A stretch of DNA of 64,000 bases, from the IMG/VR virus record IMGVR_UViG_3300033067_002132, positions 96,001 through 160,000 of that record. One strand, written 5' to 3'. The notes beneath the pieces were generated by a model, which worked only from the letters and a program-made list of their open reading frames with translations, made no database searches and was not told the origin of the DNA. This stretch comes from a virus. Its lineage: Duplodnaviria; Caudoviricetes. The position numbers and the translations under genes were made by a program. This document shows positions 10,401 to 18,828 of this stretch, piece by piece. Each line of letters opens with the position of its first letter. The stretch's first letter is position 1.

Positions 10401-13400
10401 ATTTTAATCCCGCTCCTTCTGTTATTAAAGATCTAAATTGATCTAAAGAAGATCTATCTAAAAATGCTTTAATTCCACCAAATTTAGATAATTTTTCTTG
10501 TTGATCTAAAAGTTGTTTTTCATAATCATTAGAAATTTTTTGTAATTCTAATGTTTGTGATTGTAATTGTTGTACTGCTCTAATTTCATTTGCAAAATCT
10601 TGAAAATTATTTAATAATTCAATATTCGTTTTTTGTGCTTGAATTGGACTTAATCCAAAAGATGTTAATTGTTGGGCACTAATATTTGGTACAGTTTCAG
10701 GATTATTTAAAATTTGACTAATTACATCATTTAATGAATTAGTAAATGTTTTTAAATCAATCTGTGCTAACGTCGCTTTTAATTTTTCAGAAGCATCAAC
10801 AGCAGAACGTTCACCTTTAATAGATGTTTCTTGTACTCTTGCACCGGCATCTGAAAGTTCTTTTGCAAAAATAGCACCGGCTCTTTCTTGTGCTTTTGCT
10901 ACTATTTCTTGTACTGATTTTAATCCTTCAAATTTAGTTTGTAATTCTTCTGTTGCTTTTGATAATCCTAATTGTGCTTTATTAGATAAAAATGGTTCGG
11001 TTAATTTTGTTTCACCTTGTAATTTAGTTAAATTTTTAGAAACACTAAAATTCTTTTGATCTGTTTCTAATTTATTATTTACTAAAGTATTTTTTAAAGA
11101 TTGTTCTGCTAATCCAGAAAGAGAAACGGTTAATGCATTAAGATTTCTTTGAATAGTATCTGATAATATTTGGAAATTTGAATTAACTCTAACCATCGAT
11201 TTTTGAGTTTCTTCAGCAATTTTTACATATTGAGATGTTAAAGAAAGATTTTTAATAGTTTTTTCTATAATTTGAGCAAAAGCTGCCGTATCTCCAACCG
11301 CTTGATTTCCTGCTATTGATCTAAATTGATCGGTGATTTCTTTAGGAACATTTAAATAATTTTCTAAAGCAGTAATTAATGCTTCTGCTCCTGATTTTGA
11401 TCCTACCTCTAATTGTTTTGCTAAATTAACAATGATATCAGTAACATTATTTTTACCAATTTTATCTTCTAGTTTTTTAGGATCAATAGATGTAGAAAGT
11501 ATGTTTTCTATATTTTTACTATTTTTCTTAAAAGATTTATCTTTAGGATCAAAAACCTGCTTATCTAAGAATGAAGTAGCGTTTTCGAATAATTGTCTTA
11601 AACTTAATGCAGCTTTACTTATTTTTTCTTCTTTTCCTAATGCTTCCCCAATTTCCGTCATTACGATTCCTAGTTCTTTTAAACTTCCACTAGCGGCAAT
11701 AATTTGACCACGAAATTCAGGCGGAACCTCTAATAATTTAGTTATAGTATCTTTTCGAAATCTTTCTATATCTCTACTAGAAACTGAACCAGATACATCT
11801 GTTAATGCCGTTTGATATTTTTCTATTGATTGAGCGTATTGACTAATACTACTATTAAATTTATCTAATTTTTCTGAGGCATCGTTAAATGTTTTTTCTA
11901 AATCAGGTAATTGTGTAGTAAATTCTTTATATGCTTGAGAACCACCAATACCTAAACCGAATAATCCTCCCACAGCAATACCTGGAAGCCCGAATGGCGC
12001 ACCAAAAGCTGCTGTAGAACCTACCGTTCCCGCTAAGTTAGATACGGCACTTACTTTTCTTCCTGTAGATGTCTCTGTTCCCACCGCTTCACTAATTGCA
12101 CTAGTAATTACAGGAATAGCAAAACTAGCTATAGTTCCCGCACCGACTAATTTACTAAATCTTTGATTTCTAGCTTGTTCTAATTGAGCATTTAAATTAG
12201 GATCTTCATTAGCTAATGCTTGTGCTTGTTTAGAAGCTAAACTTTTTGGTCGTCCAGAAACAATACCGGAACTTTTCTTAATAATATCAGATGTTTGTTG
12301 ATTATATTGAGCTAAATTTTGTTGATAGTTATTTACATCTTTTACAGCTTTATTTAATGTAGAATCTACTGATTTCCAAACTTTTTGACTTTGAGTAATA
12401 CCCTGTACTGTTTTCTTTAATTCTGTTCTCATTTGTTGAAAAACCGGACTTTGTTTCCAATTTTCACCAAATTTTTCTACATTTAAAATTACTTCTGTAA
12501 TTGCATGATTTATTTGTTCTATTTGTTCAGGTTTAATTCCGCCGCCTTGCCCTAATTGACCAAGATTATTTTGAAAAATAGGCGCGGGATTTGTTGTATC
12601 ATATAAAGATGTTTTAGGAAAACTAGGAGGAGTAGGAATTTGAATCGTTTCCCCATTTGATAATTTTACTGATTTTGTGGCGAAATTAGGAATAAAACCA
12701 TCGGATAATTTAGTTTTTCCACCCGCATATTTTTGAGGATTAAAACCTTGGTTTTTAACCCTATTTAATCCTTGATTTAATCCTAGAGGTTCATCAAAAG
12801 AATTATAAACACCTAAACCTGTTTTATTTTGAGGACTTACTAATTTAGGACTTTTGCCTACTTTAATTCTATTTTTAGGAATTCCCGCACTTGATTCTCT
12901 TTGTATCGCGGCATTTAATGCGCCTAATGGCGGATTAATATAAGCAAAATTAGGAATAAAACCTTCACTAAAAAAAGGATTTGTTAAGTCAGAATCTTCT
13001 ATTTTTTTTCGTTTTATTTTATTAATTCTATCTAATAAATCTCCTTTTATATTAATTCTTGTTAAAAATGGCGAACCATAATCAGCAAATTTATAATCAC
13101 CGCCAGTAAAATTAATATCTCTTAAATCTTTTACTTTATCTTTTTCTATAACTGTAGGACTTCCTGTTAAAAAGGCGGGACCTAAATCTAAACCATGTCC
13201 TATTGTTTTTTTAGGAAGAATACCATTTTCTTCATCTACAGGATTATATCTTTGTGTTTTACCAAATTTTAATAAGATTTTTTTGGTGATATTTTCTAAT
13301 TTTTTAGGAATCGGTTCATCAAAAGTTGCTTCTTCTCCATCAATTATAGAATTATCAAAATTAAAAGCGTCTTGAACAGAGTAACCTTTTTTTCTTTGTG

Positions 13401-16400
13401 CTAATTTAAAACGACCAATCAGATTTCCTAAAGGACTATCTAATGGCGCACTTATAATACTATTTCCAAATTTAGATTTTCTATTTTTTTCCTTTAAATT
13501 TGCTTCTAATGTAGAATTATATCCGAGAGTAGAATGGGGAGTTGTTATATTATTAATAAATTCTTCCGCAGTATTATTAATAGTTTTTACTCCGCCGATG
13601 CCAGAAAAATAACGCGCCGCCCCTAAAAATTTTTCTCCATTTGGATCTTTTTGTATATATTTTTTATATAGTCCAACAGTGCCCGCGCCTAAAGTACCCG
13701 CAATTCTTGTAGGTAATTTTTTTAGAGTATCTTTTGGAGTCTTAAATAAATCTTTAATACCAAATGGATTTGGGCGGAATTGATTATATCCTAAAGTATA
13801 TCTATTTCCAGGAGTAACGAAATTCGGCACAAAACCTTTATTAAAAAGTGTTGTAAAATCTATACCTTCATTAAATTTAGAATCTTGTAATCTTTTTAAT
13901 ATTAATGGAGCTTTTTTATCTAAATCTTCATTAAAAGATTTTCCACCTTCTAATTCTACAGAAGGAAAAGAACTCTCCATACCAAAAGAAACTTTACTTT
14001 TTGAACCGAATTTACCACGACTTAATTGAGGAAACTTTGCTTTTAATATATCGGTAGGATGATCAGATTTTGGTTTATTAAATTGATTTAATAAAAATCC
14101 TTTAACTCCTTTATAATTTCTATTTTTTAAATCTTCTATTAATTCTTTATAAACAATAGAAGACATTCCTTTTCCTTTAAATTTTTCTTTAACGAATATG
14201 TCATCTAAAGTAGGAATTTCTTTACCTAAATCTCCAACTGTCGCCCCACCTATATCATTTTTAAAATATAACGCTTTAAAACTATCTATTCCTGAAATAG
14301 TAGATTGGCCAAAATTAGGAATAAATCCATCTGAGTTTATATTAGCGACAGTTTGTTTCGCCGCTTTAAATAATCTATTACTTAATTTTCCGATTGTACG
14401 AACTTTACGTGGGAATAATTCATTTGGTTGACGTTCAAATCCTTTTACTCCTGAATTTGTTAAAACCTCTCCTAATGCTTTTTTATCATTTAATGTAGAT
14501 TGATTAAATTCTGCTAAAATTTCTTCTAAATAATCTCCTTTTTTATAATTAGATGCAAAAAGATTTTTATATTTTGGACTATTTAATATAGTTCTTTTAG
14601 AAAGATCCATTAATTTTTTAGGACCTTTAAAAATTTCATTAGATTTATTTTCTAATAAAGATGATAAATTTTGTCCGTTTGAATCTTTAGATAAATTAAT
14701 TGCTCTATGAGAACTTTCATGTGCTAATACTTGCGCCATAGTATTAGTATCTAAATCTTTTTGAATTTCTATTGTATTATTATTATTATAAACTCCCGAA
14801 ACAGGATATTTATATCGATATTTTTTTGAAATATTATCCGTTAAACTAAAATCTTTATTTTTAATTCCTTTTAATGCTTTTCGATAACCTGAAAGAATAT
14901 TAATAGGAAGAAAATTTGGAACGAAACCGTCGTTAATATAATTATTCGATTCTAATTTTTTATCTATTTTTTTATTTATTTCTGTAGTTATAGGTGATTT
15001 TTTAGATGCTTTTACTTTTCCTGCAAACGTAATCGGTTCGGTGATTTTACTTATTCCATATCTAACTAAACTAGATATTGGAGAATTAGAATAATTTATA
15101 TATTTGTCTTTTTCTTCTATTTTAGTAAAAGCATTAATAAAAGCTTCTAATCTATTTTTAATAGGAGTTCCTTTTGCTTCTTTAAAATTTGATTTACCCT
15201 GTTTAAATGCTTCTTTTAATTTGGGTAATAAATCTTTCTTTTCTTGATCATGTAAATTAAGATCAAAAATATCACGATATTTAATATCTCTAACTGGTAA
15301 ACCTTGGTCTCGTGGAGATAAATCTAATTCTGCATTATATCCCGCCATAATATTATGATTAGCAGGATTTATTAATAATTTATTTTTATTTTTATCTAAT
15401 ACAGAAGAATTAGTATTAAAATTAGATAATTTATTATTGATAGTATATGGAATATTTCTATATGATTCCGTTCCTTTTCTAAAAGCATAAATGTTTTTTC
15501 TAGCAATATTAGGAATTCCTTTTCCTTGTTGATAAATATATTTACTTGGATCTATTCTTTGTTCTAATCCAAACATTTTTCTAAAAGCAAAATCTCTTAT
15601 TGTATGTGTTTCTTTATCAATAGGGTCTTTAATTAATTTACTTATATATGGTGTAGGTGTATCTTTTACTATTGCTTTATAATAATCTTTAAATTTTAGT
15701 CCTTTTAATTCTTTTAATTTATCTGTAAAATTATAGGAATATGGAGTTACTAAATTAGTCATAGCGCGACCTACTAATTTACTTAATCCAGGAACTAAAG
15801 CAAAATTAGGAACATGACCGTCATAATCTAAATCTTTTTTACCAGGAATAAAGCCTTGATTAAAATTAGAAATATTATTATTAGTAATATTTTTACAATA
15901 AGGATCAAAACCTAATTTTTGTTTAAATTCTTTTTGATAATTTTTACCTGCTTTACTATTTTGTGGCGGAATAATAGCCGGTTGTTCCATTCCAGGAAAT
16001 TTTTTAACTTTTTCCGCGCTATTGTAAATTACATTACCAACTTTCGGTAATGACATTTGTTTTATAGATCCGGGTGTATATCCACCCGCGTAAGCACCTA
16101 TTTTTTCTATTTTACTATTATCAGAAAAATTAGGTATAAATCCTTGCGATTTAGTTTTTTTATTTAAAACAGAAAAATCTTGATTTCCAATAGGAATATT
16201 AGAAAATTGATATCCACTTGTTCTTAATGTCGTTGCTATTTTATTAATTAATCCTAATCTATTTTGTTCAAGAGCATTTGCTTCACGTAATTTATTAATT
16301 ACAATATCTTCTGCGCTAGCAATAGTTAACGTTCCATTTCTAATTCTATCTAAAGTACCTGTTTGTTGAGATAATATTTGATTAACTCTTAATGCTAATT

Positions 16401-17787
16401 CTCCTTGTAAATTTAATTCTTTACTTGCTTGAAAAATTTTAACAATAGATTTAGCGGCAAATTCTCCTAATCTTCCTAATAATTTACCAATTAAGACAGT
16501 ACCAACGAATAAACCAGGACCAGTTAAAAACTGTCCTAAACCTTGCATAAATACTTTACCGAAACTAAAACCACTATCTTGCGCTTGATCTTCATTAATA
16601 ATTTCTATACCACTATTAAAATTTTCAAGAACATTTTTTAAATTAGGGCTAATCGCTAAATTACCAAATTTAGATCCAAATTTAGCCAAATTATTTCCCG
16701 TTTGATTTAATAAAGAACTAAGAGTTTTATTTAGTGCAGCCACACGTATTTCTGCTTCGTTTGTAGAGTCTGCTGCGGTTTTTGTTGCTAAAGAAGTTAA
16801 ATTATATTGTTTACTTAAATCAGCTAATGCCGCCGAAACAATGTTAATTTGAAATACGCCACCAGCTAATTCTTTAATTGTACTTGCCGTTCCTCTATCT
16901 ACATTTTGTATAGCATCTGAAAGTGATTGTAGCTTTTGAATACCTGTCTGGCTGGCGTCTATTTGAACTCCAAGAGCTTTTAATTGTTCAATAGAGTCAG
17001 GACGGCTTAAACGAGTAAAGATGCTCTTAAAGGCGTTACCGATGACAGCGCCACCACGAGCCGTTGTTTGTTGTACAGCGGTTACTAAACCAATTAATTG
17101 ATCTATACTAACACCCGCATCTTCAGACGTACTACCTACGCGACTAATAGCTTCCGCTAAATCAGATGCGGAAACAGCGAATTTTGAATCGACATTAGCT
17201 AATTTACTAACTAATGTTAAATCATCTAAAGAAGCTTTATTAAATGAATTAATAGCAGCGGTAATAGTATCTACGCTTTTTGCTGCATCTAATCCTGAAA
17301 TTCTTGTTAATGTTAATGCGGCTTCTGTTCTTTTTAATGTAGCTTCTAAAGTTAAACCTTGACGAGCTAATTCAAGAGCAGCGGTTGCGGTTGTATCAAA
17401 ACTTTGACCTGTTTTATTTGCTACTTCAAATAATGAACCAGCAAATTTATTAAAATCTTTTTCACTCGCATTTAAAATAACGCGAATATCTGTTAATTTC
17501 TTTTCTACTTCAATAGTAGTAGAAACTAATTCACTAAAAGCTTTTTGAATACCATAAACTAATCCGGCAGAAGCACCGAAAGCAATAACACGAGCATTAG
17601 AAGCGGCTAATGATTTATCAAAATCACTAACATTTGCACTTAATTTACCAAGAGGTTGACTAAACGAGTTAGTTCGAATTCTTAAATCAATTGGTGTATT
17701 AGCAATTCTTTGCAATTTTCCTAGAGCCTTTTCCGCGGGCGTGGTAATTGCATTTACATCTACATATACTCTACCTATACTTGGCAT
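7414..17787 (-). CDS. Tail tape measure protein (3457 aa) with an internal multi-domain cargo cassette
   Basis: N-terminal TP901-type tape-measure core (LARQGL...DAAKSVDTITAAINSF...FKSIFTRL), Gly-rich hydrophobic segments, long coiled coils and two C-terminal GG..D.V..L..GE.VIN motifs. It lies downstream of the tail tube and chaperones. Confidence 0.92.
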   Translation of the reverse strand: MPSIGRVYVDVNAITTPAEKALGKLQRIANTPIDLRIRTNSFSQPLGKLSANVSDFDKSLAASNARVIAFGASAGLVYGIQKAFSELVSTTIEVEKKLTDIRVILNASEKDFNKFAGSLFEVANKTGQSFDTTATAALELARQGLTLEATLKRTEAALTLTRISGLDAAKSVDTITAAINSFNKASLDDLTLVSKLANVDSKFAVSASDLAEAISRVGSTSEDAGVSIDQLIGLVTAVQQTTARGGAVIGNAFKSIFTRLSRPDSIEQLKALGVQIDASQTGIQKLQSLSDAIQNVDRGTASTIKELAGGVFQINIVSAALADLSKQYNLTSLATKTAADSTNEAEIRVAALNKTLSSLLNQTGNNLAKFGSKFGNLAISPNLKNVLENFNSGIEIINEDQAQDSGFSFGKVFMQGLGQFLTGPGLFVGTVLIGKLLGRLGEFAAKSIVKIFQASKELNLQGELALRVNQILSQQTGTLDRIRNGTLTIASAEDIVINKLREANALEQNRLGLINKIATTLRTSGYQFSNIPIGNQDFSVLNKKTKSQGFIPNFSDNSKIEKIGAYAGGYTPGSIKQMSLPKVGNVIYNSAEKVKKFPGMEQPAIIPPQNSKAGKNYQKEFKQKLGFDPYCKNITNNNISNFNQGFIPGKKDLDYDGHVPNFALVPGLSKLVGRAMTNLVTPYSYNFTDKLKELKGLKFKDYYKAIVKDTPTPYISKLIKDPIDKETHTIRDFAFRKMFGLEQRIDPSKYIYQQGKGIPNIARKNIYAFRKGTESYRNIPYTINNKLSNFNTNSSVLDKNKNKLLINPANHNIMAGYNAELDLSPRDQGLPVRDIKYRDIFDLNLHDQEKKDLLPKLKEAFKQGKSNFKEAKGTPIKNRLEAFINAFTKIEEKDKYINYSNSPISSLVRYGISKITEPITFAGKVKASKKSPITTEINKKIDKKLESNNYINDGFVPNFLPINILSGYRKALKGIKNKDFSLTDNISKKYRYKYPVSGVYNNNNTIEIQKDLDTNTMAQVLAHESSHRAINLSKDSNGQNLSSLLENKSNEIFKGPKKLMDLSKRTILNSPKYKNLFASNYKKGDYLEEILAEFNQSTLNDKKALGEVLTNSGVKGFERQPNELFPRKVRTIGKLSNRLFKAAKQTVANINSDGFIPNFGQSTISGIDSFKALYFKNDIGGATVGDLGKEIPTLDDIFVKEKFKGKGMSSIVYKELIEDLKNRNYKGVKGFLLNQFNKPKSDHPTDILKAKFPQLSRGKFGSKSKVSFGMESSFPSVELEGGKSFNEDLDKKAPLILKRLQDSKFNEGIDFTTLFNKGFVPNFVTPGNRYTLGYNQFRPNPFGIKDLFKTPKDTLKKLPTRIAGTLGAGTVGLYKKYIQKDPNGEKFLGAARYFSGIGGVKTINNTAEEFINNITTPHSTLGYNSTLEANLKEKNRKSKFGNSIISAPLDSPLGNLIGRFKLAQRKKGYSVQDAFNFDNSIIDGEEATFDEPIPKKLENITKKILLKFGKTQRYNPVDEENGILPKKTIGHGLDLGPAFLTGSPTVIEKDKVKDLRDINFTGGDYKFADYGSPFLTRINIKGDLLDRINKIKRKKIEDSDLTNPFFSEGFIPNFAYINPPLGALNAAIQRESSAGIPKNRIKVGKSPKLVSPQNKTGLGVYNSFDEPLGLNQGLNRVKNQGFNPQKYAGGKTKLSDGFIPNFATKSVKLSNGETIQIPTPPSFPKTSLYDTTNPAPIFQNNLGQLGQGGGIKPEQIEQINHAITEVILNVEKFGENWKQSPVFQQMRTELKKTVQGITQSQKVWKSVDSTLNKAVKDVNNYQQNLAQYNQQTSDIIKKSSGIVSGRPKSLASKQAQALANEDPNLNAQLEQARNQRFSKLVGAGTIASFAIPVITSAISEAVGTETSTGRKVSAVSNLAGTVGSTAAFGAPFGLPGIAVGGLFGLGIGGSQAYKEFTTQLPDLEKTFNDASEKLDKFNSSISQYAQSIEKYQTALTDVSGSVSSRDIERFRKDTITKLLEVPPEFRGQIIAASGSLKELGIVMTEIGEALGKEEKISKAALSLRQLFENATSFLDKQVFDPKDKSFKKNSKNIENILSTSIDPKKLEDKIGKNNVTDIIVNLAKQLEVGSKSGAEALITALENYLNVPKEITDQFRSIAGNQAVGDTAAFAQIIEKTIKNLSLTSQYVKIAEETQKSMVRVNSNFQILSDTIQRNLNALTVSLSGLAEQSLKNTLVNNKLETDQKNFSVSKNLTKLQGETKLTEPFLSNKAQLGLSKATEELQTKFEGLKSVQEIVAKAQERAGAIFAKELSDAGARVQETSIKGERSAVDASEKLKATLAQIDLKTFTNSLNDVISQILNNPETVPNISAQQLTSFGLSPIQAQKTNIELLNNFQDFANEIRAVQQLQSQTLELQKISNDYEKQLLDQQEKLSKFGGIKAFLDRSSLDQFRSLITEGAGLKFGGNTKDTGIFSGKLIQTLTDFIGVRGENIPKDLFKKATAGRVASINQDIDFTKIAAKLSGSFSQDQLDALDQLKTLAPDIADIQVKSLAQFDRVPENVASINSLIAILNSQIFDFTNTYLNENENAYKSALEQTGVAGNLQTIKEISAQILSAQIDSEKVAIAKDVATKTVTRDTTGKQINLRQNTLNEDFKSVIDKILISIGESDIEGKKQNKKYTPFNQKFPEDYKTLNNLLDRSTEIESGKSSVTEQDIKNTQGLLDKFKKTNKEGDKSITDYLLGGFSSDANLDKKDPASIIDTTVINLDGITQGQTEIATLKKQIEALNEEIKKGSEELTGFGDLLKFTTDIEKEKNQITQRTNKNNKLSPVQELQKAAEAEPKTQRTKIIEQKAQEAINVQKNLLELETKRKEVAEKQAAIQTIIAVNLVDQIKSNRLLNKEYEEALDALNKISKENIEQSFREAKVQADALRKSTTAFGDEIAQATKEANTLAARLGKLTPQDLSTQFFDTWRYNLASFQKDTNDMVYEIGQGMKDSFKDAFKEFIHGTKSADEALKDFALNVANKALDMATDIGVNYIFSAIGDVGKSALGGVFSKSSSIGSISKGASGGKVTSSGIQRFSTGGPVVGGTGVKDDVATLLSPGEVVINKEATQAIGPDLLRKFNQQEIPSTSVKQLQNGANIRLLNDVFAEGKNANSPDGLKIVFDPDLSNFALTDEDSPAVQRRFQKEQDILNYIKGKKDYEKQKTEAFKLYKRGKEQVMIGAFISAAVNTAGGAYSQYQSSKGIKGIDGSVPNKVPSLDNPNPKALYASKGTYVKPMHYANGGYHRDTVPAMLMGGEYVINAPAVRKYGANFFQKLNVGALNRYAEGGPVSNVPNFGISSGSDSFSDSLNKMVEAANSINTTLQSLQTNNQVKLDGTSTGGTNNYINIEINIDEGKNVSSNTNVSSNTDSQDNSKENRNKKVEENKRIAELIQIEVLKVINTQKKDGGLLANAR
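12682..16143 (-). repeat. Eight dispersed G-F-(I/V)-P-N-F-type peptide repeats within the TMP
   Basis: 16126-16143 GFIPNF (aa549); 15841-15855 GFIPG (aa645); 15802-15819 GHVPNF (aa657); 14911-14928 GFVPNF (aa954); 14311-14328 GFIPNF (aa1154); 13819-13836 GFVPNF (aa1318); 12946-12963 GFIPNF (aa1609); 12682-12699 GFIPNF (aa1697). Confidence 0.9.
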
Positions 17788-17808
17788 AAACTTAAACCTT
17801 ATTAATAA

Positions 17809-17814
17809 TTACAC
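17809..17814 (-). promoter_or_regulatory. GTGTAA candidate late-promoter motif (TMP)
   Basis: ttacac on the + strand, in the short intergenic gap upstream of the TMP ATG at 17787. Confidence 0.6.
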
Positions 17815-17817
17815 AAA

Positions 17818-18828
17818 TTAAGCACCTTGGAGTCTAATCATATCATCTATACTTAAACTTCCGCCTTTTTTCTGAGCTTCTTTTATAATATTATTAGATA
17901 AATTAGCACCCGAACTATCCATACCCATAGCTTTTAGATCTTCTTTGGTTGCCCCCACCAAAGAAGACGCCACAAAATCTTTATCTTTTTTATTAGTTTT
18001 AGATAATAAATCTTCTGCTTGTTGACTTGAATCATACCATTCTAATAGTTTTTCAGGATCTTGCATTAAATCATCTGGTACTTTATTTTTCGAATTAATT
18101 AAAATATTCTTAAAAGTTTTAGCATATTCAAAAACCTGTGTTTGATAAAAAGTGAGATGAATTACCGCTTTTCCATAAAAAGTATATGGATTATCATCTG
18201 CTATTATAAAAAGATTCATATACGCGGGCGAGAGAGCAACACATTTTAAATTTTTAACAGAAAAATTTTCTATATATTTTTCATGCTCATTATATAATTT
18301 ATTTAATTGTTCGTCTTCTAATTCATCGTATTCTTCTTCATTATATAAAGAATTTATTAAATTAATATCTTTATATAACATATGTTTCATATAATGTTCA
18401 TTTATTTTTTTATTAGCATATGTTTCAGCGGTTAAACCGATTAAATCTGTTTTTTTACTATTTAAAATTTCGACATCATTAGTAACATCTTTAATTTGTT
18501 TATCTATAATATCTTTTTCTCTTTTTTTAAATATTTTTGAACGAGTAGTTTTTAATCTTATTAATAAATCGTTTGATTCGGATAATTTTTTTTCTTCATC
18601 TTTTGTCCATTGATTATTTTCTATTAAAAGTTTTTCTTTTGTTTCTTTGTTAGGTAATCCTTTACTAATAGCTTTTTCTAAATTTAATGTATATATTTCA
18701 TCTATAAAAGCCGAATCAAAAGGTCCAAAATGTTTGAAATATAAAATGCCAAAATCAGAAGACACAATTTTAGTGTATCCTCTGATTATATCAGCAAACA
18801 AATTTTTAATTTTTGAATTAGTCGTCAA
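17818..18828 (-). CDS. Putative tail assembly chaperone (pre-TMP)
   Basis: Charged helical 336-aa protein with a TTG start, directly upstream of the TMP; position-based call. Confidence 0.5.
   Translation of the reverse strand: MTTNSKIKNLFADIIRGYTKIVSSDFGILYFKHFGPFDSAFIDEIYTLNLEKAISKGLPNKETKEKLLIENNQWTKDEEKKLSESNDLLIRLKTTRSKIFKKREKDIIDKQIKDVTNDVEILNSKKTDLIGLTAETYANKKINEHYMKHMLYKDINLINSLYNEEEYDELEDEQLNKLYNEHEKYIENFSVKNLKCVALSPAYMNLFIIADDNPYTFYGKAVIHLTFYQTQVFEYAKTFKNILINSKNKVPDDLMQDPEKLLEWYDSSQQAEDLLSKTNKKDKDFVASSLVGATKEDLKAMGMDSSGANLSNNIIKEAQKKGGSLSIDDMIRLQGA

Noticed and set aside
12682-16143. TMP inserts as inteins or introns
   Set aside because: There are no Cys/Ser-start and His-Asn-end splice motifs or LAGLIDADG blocks, and the reading frame is continuous. 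The boundaries are marked by GFxPNF instead.
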